Shown here: positions 58,812 through 64,000 of the stretch, piece after piece
Layout of the letters: the number at the start of each line of letters is the position of its first letter
How positions within the stretch are numbered: the first letter of the stretch is position 1
NCBI GenBank assembly: GCA_947478395.1
Contig: CANJVR010000001.1
Coordinates: 672,001 to 736,000 of the forward strand
Length of the DNA stretch: 64,000 nt
Source of the DNA: Opitutia bacterium
GTDB lineage: Bacteria > Verrucomicrobiota > Verrucomicrobiia > Opitutales > Opitutaceae
Reading direction: 5' to 3'
The notes under the pieces: generated by a model
Database searches by the model: none
What the model was told of the DNA's origin: nothing
The model's input: only the letters and a program-made list of their open reading frames with translations
Position numbers and translations under genes: made by a program

Positions 58812-61800
58812 ATGCGCTTTCGTTTCGCCTTCGCCCTCCTCCTGCTGATTGCCGCCCCAACCTGCGCTCAGACACCGCTCGGCGTCGGGACATACACCGA
58901 AACATTTGACGCGCTCCAGGCCGGTTTGTCTGCCGGCTGGTCCGTGCGCACGGGCGCATCCGCCTCCACCCTCGGCACCGACGCCGGCGGCACGTCGTTC
59001 GCCCCTACCGCCACCAGCTGGGGCAGCAGCACGGGCAACTTTCGCAACGTCGCCTCCGCTCTCAACCCGGGCGCGACGCTGAGCGATTCCACTGCCGTGC
59101 AGGCAGCGTACTCCAACCGCGCACTGGGCCTGCGCCAGACGAGCAGCTTCGGCGATCCAGGTGCAGCGATCACGTTTAATTTTTCCACGAACGGACTGAG
59201 CGTGAATTCAATTTCGTTTTCCGCCCAGCTGCTTTCGGTCCAGAGCTACAGCACGATCTGGCTCCTGCAATGCGCCACGGGCTCGAACCCCTCCGCTTGG
59301 ACCACCCTCGCTGCGTTCAACGACCCCGACGCGTTTAGCGCGACGACGGTGACCGCGCCCGCCGCGGCTACGCTGGGTCCGTTGCTCAATAATCAGAGCA
59401 GCGCCTGGCTGCGCGTCGTCGCGTTGTCCGCTGCGACTGGCACGGGCAGCCGGGACACGTTCGCCATCGATAATTTTACGATCGTCACCACGGCCGCCGT
59501 TCCGCCTGCGATTTTCACTCCACCCGCTTCACAAACGATCACCGCGTTTCAATCCGCCACGTTTGCCGTGGCCGCAACGGGCGTCGGCACCCTCTCCTAT
59601 CAATGGCGCAAATCCACGCATGCGATCGCCGGTGCCATCGGCCCAACTTACACCCTCACCGGTGTCATGGCGACCGACGCCGGGAGCTACGATGTGACGG
59701 TGACCGATGCCAACGGAAGCACCACATCCTCCGCCGCCACGCTGACCGTGAACAAAGCTCCCGCGGTCGTAACCCTCGGATCACTGGCGCATAATTTCGA
59801 CGGCAGCGCTCACGCGGCCTCCGCTACCACCACGCCCGCCAATCTCGCGGTCAGCTTTTCCTACAACGGTTCTTCCAGCGCACCGACCGACGCCGGCTCG
59901 TACCCAGTTGTCGGCACCGTCAACGACGCCAACTTCAGCGGCACCGCGAACAGTTCCCTCGTCATCGCCCGCGGCGCGCAGACCGTCGTCTTCCCTGCGC
60001 CCGGCACCGTCATCACGCCCGGCATCGCCCTTGCCCTCGGCGCCAGCGCGTCGACCGGCCTGCCCGTCACGTTTTCCCTCGTGAGCGGAAACGCCTCGCT
60101 CATCGGAGCGATACTGACACTCAACGATTCCAACCCCGCCGTCATCCGCGCCACGCAAACTGGGTCCACGAACTATCTGCCCGCGTCCGCCGATCTCACG
60201 CTGACGCCAGGCGCTAGGTTGGCCCAAAGTATCGCTTTCGGGGCGCCCGCCGATCGACCGACGACCGCCTCGCCGTTTACGCTTAGCGCCAGCGCCACAT
60301 CCGGACTGCCCGTCACATTCACGATCAACTCGGGCCCCGCGGTTATTTCGGGAAATACGCTCACGCTGACGGGAATCACCGGCCCGGTCGTCGTTTGCGC
60401 CACGCAACCGGGCAACGCCACTTATCTCGCCGCACCGACCGTCGAACGCACGTTTTCCGTCACGCCTCCACCAGCCGCGCCGAATTTCACGCGGCAACCC
60501 GTTTCCGGCCATGTCGCGGTCGGCGACGCGGTCAACTTTGAGATCGCCGTGGCCGGCTTCCCCACCCCGACGCTCCAATGGCGAAAAAATGCCGTCGCCG
60601 TGCCCGCGGCCACCAACTCTCTGCTCAACCTCGGATCAGTCACAATCGGGAGCAGTGGAAACTACGATGTCGTTGCCACGAATTCCGTCGGCACAGCCGT
60701 GAGCGCAACGGCCGCTTTGGTCGTGAGCAAGCGACCGCAGGCAATCGCGTTTTCCGCCACGGCCGATACGGTGGCGGCGGGCACGGCGATCTTACTCAAC
60801 GCCACGGCGAGCAGCGGTCTCCCGGTCGCGTACGCTGTCACCGCCGGCAATGCACTCATGGCGAACGGTCGGTTGCAGGGTGACGGCGGCACCGTCGTGG
60901 TGCGGGCTTCGCAACCCGGCGACAGCTCCTACGCCGCCGCGATTCCCGTGGAGCACACGTTCGAGTTCGTGCGCGGAGGCAGCCCGCCATTTATCACGAG
61001 TTCACCTCTGAGCCAGATCGCGGTCGCCGGCACACCCGCCGAGTTCACCGTCAGCGCGATCGGTACACCGACACCGGTTTTCACGTGGCGGCGAAATGGC
61101 ATCCCGCTTTCGGTCGCCAGCAGCGAGAGATTCCGTTTATCCGCGCTCACTTTAGCCGATGCGGGCAACTATTCCGTCATTGCCACGAATATTTTCGGCG
61201 CGGTCACGAGCGCGGCCGCGACACTCGTCGTCCTCACCCCGCCCACGATAATCCGCGAGCCCGTCAGTCAGCCCGCGCCGGTCGGGGCCACCGTCACGTT
61301 GGCCGTCACTGCGATCGGCGAACCTGCGCCAAGCTATCAATGGCGCAAAAACGCCCAAGCCATTCCAATCGCAAACAGCGCGACGCTCACGCTCCGCAAT
61401 ATTACCTCCGCCGACTCCGCCAGCTACGACTGTGTCGTGCAAAATTCCGTCGGCCAGGCGACCAGTTTTCCGGCGTTCCTCAGCGTAAACGCGGTCGATT
61501 TGGAAGCGCAGCTGGGGCGCGAGCGACTGACCAACGTTTCCACCCGAGCCACCACCGGGCCGGAGGCTGCCACCGTTATCATCGGCTTCACGATCAATGG
61601 TTCCGCCCCGCTCGGCCTGCTGATTCGCGCCGCCGGACCCGCCCTCGCCGCCGCTCCGTTCAATCTCACGGACGCGCTCGTGAACCCGCAGATCCAAATT
61701 TTTCGAGGCAGCCTTCTGATCAGGGAGAACGACGATTGGGCTGCCGGCTTCGCCGGTGACGTCGAAGCCGCTGCGGCTCGCACCGGGGCATTCCCCTTTG

Positions 61801-62363
61801 CGCCGCAAAGTCGCGACGCTGCGCTCCTCACCACGCTCGCGCCCGGCGGCTACACGGTTCACGTGACTCCTTCGCCTGCCATGGCGAACACTGCCGGAGG
61901 CGCGGTTCTGGCTGAAATATACGAAGACCCCAACCAAGCGGCCACAACGCTCCTTCCTCGGCTCTCCAACCTCTCGAGTCGCGTTCTCGTCACGCCCACC
62001 GCCCGAGTCGCGATCGCAGGCTTCGTCGTCGCCGGCCGCGTGCCGCGGCGGTTTCTGCTTCGCGCAGCCGGGCCCGCCCTCGCCGCGCCGCCCTTCAACC
62101 TTTCCAGCGTTTTGTCCGACCCTCTGCTGCGCCTTTTCCGTGGCACCACCTTGATCGCTGAAAACGACGATTGGTTTCGTGACGCCTCCGCAGCGCAGAC
62201 TTCCTCCACCGCGGCCGCAGTCGGCGCTTTTCCATTCGCGAACGCCAGCCGCGATGCCGCCCTGATCATCGATTTGGAGCCCGGCGCTTACACCGTGCAA
62301 ATCACCGATGCCGCGCTGGGCACGGGTCTGGTCCTCATCGAAATCTACGATGCGGGTCCGTAG
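58812..62363 (+). CDS. Large secreted surface protein: N-terminal beta domain, four Ig-like domains, an MBG-like domain, QxIxF repeats and a tandem C-terminal NxSxR domain
   Basis: Signal peptide; four (YQ)WRK...G.Y.V...N..G Ig motifs; three A.ASSGLPV repeats; two RL.N.S.R...GF...L.RAAGP...ENDDW...GAFPF...DAAL...PG.YT...EIY units. Confidence 0.9.
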   Translation: MRFRFAFALLLLIAAPTCAQTPLGVGTYTETFDALQAGLSAGWSVRTGASASTLGTDAGGTSFAPTATSWGSSTGNFRNVASALNPGATLSDSTAVQAAYSNRALGLRQTSSFGDPGAAITFNFSTNGLSVNSISFSAQLLSVQSYSTIWLLQCATGSNPSAWTTLAAFNDPDAFSATTVTAPAAATLGPLLNNQSSAWLRVVALSAATGTGSRDTFAIDNFTIVTTAAVPPAIFTPPASQTITAFQSATFAVAATGVGTLSYQWRKSTHAIAGAIGPTYTLTGVMATDAGSYDVTVTDANGSTTSSAATLTVNKAPAVVTLGSLAHNFDGSAHAASATTTPANLAVSFSYNGSSSAPTDAGSYPVVGTVNDANFSGTANSSLVIARGAQTVVFPAPGTVITPGIALALGASASTGLPVTFSLVSGNASLIGAILTLNDSNPAVIRATQTGSTNYLPASADLTLTPGARLAQSIAFGAPADRPTTASPFTLSASATSGLPVTFTINSGPAVISGNTLTLTGITGPVVVCATQPGNATYLAAPTVERTFSVTPPPAAPNFTRQPVSGHVAVGDAVNFEIAVAGFPTPTLQWRKNAVAVPAATNSLLNLGSVTIGSSGNYDVVATNSVGTAVSATAALVVSKRPQAIAFSATADTVAAGTAILLNATASSGLPVAYAVTAGNALMANGRLQGDGGTVVVRASQPGDSSYAAAIPVEHTFEFVRGGSPPFITSSPLSQIAVAGTPAEFTVSAIGTPTPVFTWRRNGIPLSVASSERFRLSALTLADAGNYSVIATNIFGAVTSAAATLVVLTPPTIIREPVSQPAPVGATVTLAVTAIGEPAPSYQWRKNAQAIPIANSATLTLRNITSADSASYDCVVQNSVGQATSFPAFLSVNAVDLEAQLGRERLTNVSTRATTGPEAATVIIGFTINGSAPLGLLIRAAGPALAAAPFNLTDALVNPQIQIFRGSLLIRENDDWAAGFAGDVEAAAARTGAFPFAPQSRDAALLTTLAPGGYTVHVTPSPAMANTAGGAVLAEIYEDPNQAATTLLPRLSNLSSRVLVTPTARVAIAGFVVAGRVPRRFLLRAAGPALAAPPFNLSSVLSDPLLRLFRGTTLIAENDDWFRDASAAQTSSTAAAVGAFPFANASRDAALIIDLEPGAYTVQITDAALGTGLVLIEIYDAGP

Positions 62364-62468
62364 AGCGCGTACGATGCGACAGAAGCCGATTGGCTTTCGT
62401 TCGTCGCTCCCGAAACGCGCCCGCGTCCCGTTACCAGGAAATCCGATTCGGGGCTGTCGCTCTGCCCG

Positions 62469-63185
62469 TTACAGCTTGAGCGTCGGCAAACCTACCGCCG
62501 CCGGAGTAGCCGGAGCCGGCAACTTCGCCCGTAACATCATCGCGCGCTGCATCCACGGGCTGGCGGGATCGATCTGCATCAATTGATCCGAAAACTTTTT
62601 CACGTCGTCCGCCTTGCCCGCTTCAAGCGAGAGACTCGCGAGCTGATAACAGGCTTCCGCCCGAATGCCCTTCAGTTGGGTCGGGTCGGCCGCGAGCGTC
62701 TTCAAAGTCGTCTCACCGTCGCTCACCTTGCCCGATTGGATTTTTGCCATCGCCAGCCCAAGCTGGGCGCGCGCGGCCAGCGGGCCCGTCTTCAGCGTCG
62801 TCAACGCCGCTTGATAGCCCGTCACGGCTTCCGCCGGCTTGCCCGCCGTGTAAGCGTCGTCCGCCATGCGGATCTGCGCCACAGCCGCCAGGGTGTGACC
62901 GGAATGCGCGGCGGCGAAGGTCTTTAATTTTTCGGGGGTGGACGCGACGGCGTATTCTTGGCGCACGCCTTCTTCCTTTTGGGCTTCGAGGTATTCCCAG
63001 CCGCCCTTGGCCACGATGCCGACGAGAATCAAGGCACACACGACCAGCACCATCTTACCGTTTTTCTTCCAGAAAACGTGCAACTGGTCCTCGAACGACG
63101 GAGCGATGTAGTTTTCGTCGATAGCGACGAATTTGCGGTCGTCGCCGGCCGGAGTCGGGTCGGAAGGAGTGGCGGGCGTGGTCAT
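62469..63185 (-). CDS. YfgM-like membrane-anchored TPR protein
   Basis: EDQLHVFWKKNGK followed by a TM helix, then TPR-like helices. Confidence 0.8.
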   Translation of the reverse strand: MTTPATPSDPTPAGDDRKFVAIDENYIAPSFEDQLHVFWKKNGKMVLVVCALILVGIVAKGGWEYLEAQKEEGVRQEYAVASTPEKLKTFAAAHSGHTLAAVAQIRMADDAYTAGKPAEAVTGYQAALTTLKTGPLAARAQLGLAMAKIQSGKVSDGETTLKTLAADPTQLKGIRAEACYQLASLSLEAGKADDVKKFSDQLMQIDPASPWMQRAMMLRAKLPAPATPAAVGLPTLKL

Positions 63186-63320
63186 GGGCGCAAGGGTTTG
63201 GCGTTGTTAAACGGTGACCAGAACAAATGCGCTCTTCCGTGTAAATGCAGGAAATTGCTTGAAGCGAAAGGGGTCACAGCCAGCCACGCCGGAAAATTCG
63301 AACGACGCGGACGATCAAAA

Positions 63321-63397
63321 TGTAGCCGAGGTGATCACCCCGCATCCGCTTCGCCCGTCAGCAACCTCGCTCGCGCGGTAAGAACACCCCGCCTACA
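63321..63397. repeat. GTAG/CTAC-bounded REP-like doublet
   Basis: tgtagccgaggtgatcaccccgc...gcggtaagaacaccccgcctaca. Confidence 0.55.
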
Positions 63398-63478
63398 AAA
63401 ATCAAACGTCGACCGATTTCGCGCTCATTCGCGCTTTTCGCGGGCCGTCCAACTCCGCCGCTTTCCGGCTCTGGCGGC

Positions 63479-64000
63479 TTAATCGAACACCACCGTTTTA
63501 TTGCCGTAAACCAGCACGCGGTTTTCGAGATGCCAGCGCACCGCCTGCGCCAGCACGGTTTTCTCCAGATCACGGCCTTTGCGGATCAAATCTTCCACGC
63601 CGTGCCGATGGGTCACGCGGGCGACGTCCTGCTGGATGATCGGGCCGTCGTCCAGCACCGCCGTGGCATAGTGCGCCGTGGCACCGATGAGTTTCACCCC
63701 TCGAGCGGCCGCCTGATGGTACGGTCGGCCACCGGCGAACGCGGGCAGAAACGAGTGATGAATGTTAATCACCGGACACCCGCACCGCGCCAAAAAATCG
63801 TCCGACAACACTTGCATATAACGGGCGAGAATCACGAGTTCGACGCCGAGCTCGCGGAGCAAGCCCAGTTGTTGCGCCTCGGCCGCGGCTTTGCCGGCGG
63901 ACGTCACCGGCACGACCTGAAACGGCAGCCCATAATTGCGCGCGGCCGACTCGAGGTCAGAGTGGTTAGAGATCACGGCCGCCAAGTCGCACGCGAATTC
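63479..64000 (-). CDS. purU: Formyltetrahydrofolate deformylase (5' end outside window)
   Basis: [50 protein letters not shown]. Confidence 0.95.
   Translation of the reverse strand, partial: EFACDLAAVISNHSDLESAARNYGLPFQVVPVTSAGKAAAEAQQLGLLRELGVELVILARYMQVLSDDFLARCGCPVINIHHSFLPAFAGGRPYHQAAARGVKLIGATAHYATAVLDDGPIIQQDVARVTHRHGVEDLIRKGRDLEKTVLAQAVRWHLENRVLVYGNKTVVFD

Noticed and set aside
1068..62300. Many long antisense or alternate-frame ORFs (e.g. 1068-1883, 12848-13948, 20444-21493, 22095-23237, 25531-26565, 33531-34463, 61152-62300)
   Set aside because: They overlap well-supported genes, are Arg/Gly/Pro-rich without motifs, and are expected in high-GC DNA.

Overview
High-GC bacterial chromosomal window. 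It is very probably Verrucomicrobiota (Opitutaceae-like); this is inferred from gene content and from the C-terminal tandem domain of the large surface protein, not from a search. It is mostly core genes: uxs-like decarboxylase, tgt, trpG/pabA, nrdR, dprA, nnr, acpS, pdxJ, gltA, hisH, sucCD, prfB (programmed +1 frameshift), fcl/gmd, pyrH-frr-proB, rpsR, sua5, aat, gpsA, lysA, sdhCAB, purU, plus tRNA-Arg(CCT) and tRNA-Pro(TGG). I saw no integrase, transposase, prophage module or CRISPR array, and no complete multi-gene novel system that I can support. The notable signals are: (i) several families of intergenic palindromic repeats, including a ~110-bp GTAG-footed REP-like element in 3 copies and 7-/9-mer-periodic hairpin cassettes; (ii) at least four decayed gene remnants in spacers; (iii) unusual proteins: an orphan ATP-grasp-like ligase behind prfB, a DUF4177 protein with three copies of an unnamed ~80-aa domain, a CotH-like probable pseudokinase, a TGT lacking two Zn-ligand cysteines, and a solo phage-CII-like regulator; (iv) a perfect 31-bp AT-rich palindrome. 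Family assignments come from motif recognition by eye, and start codons were chosen by eye.
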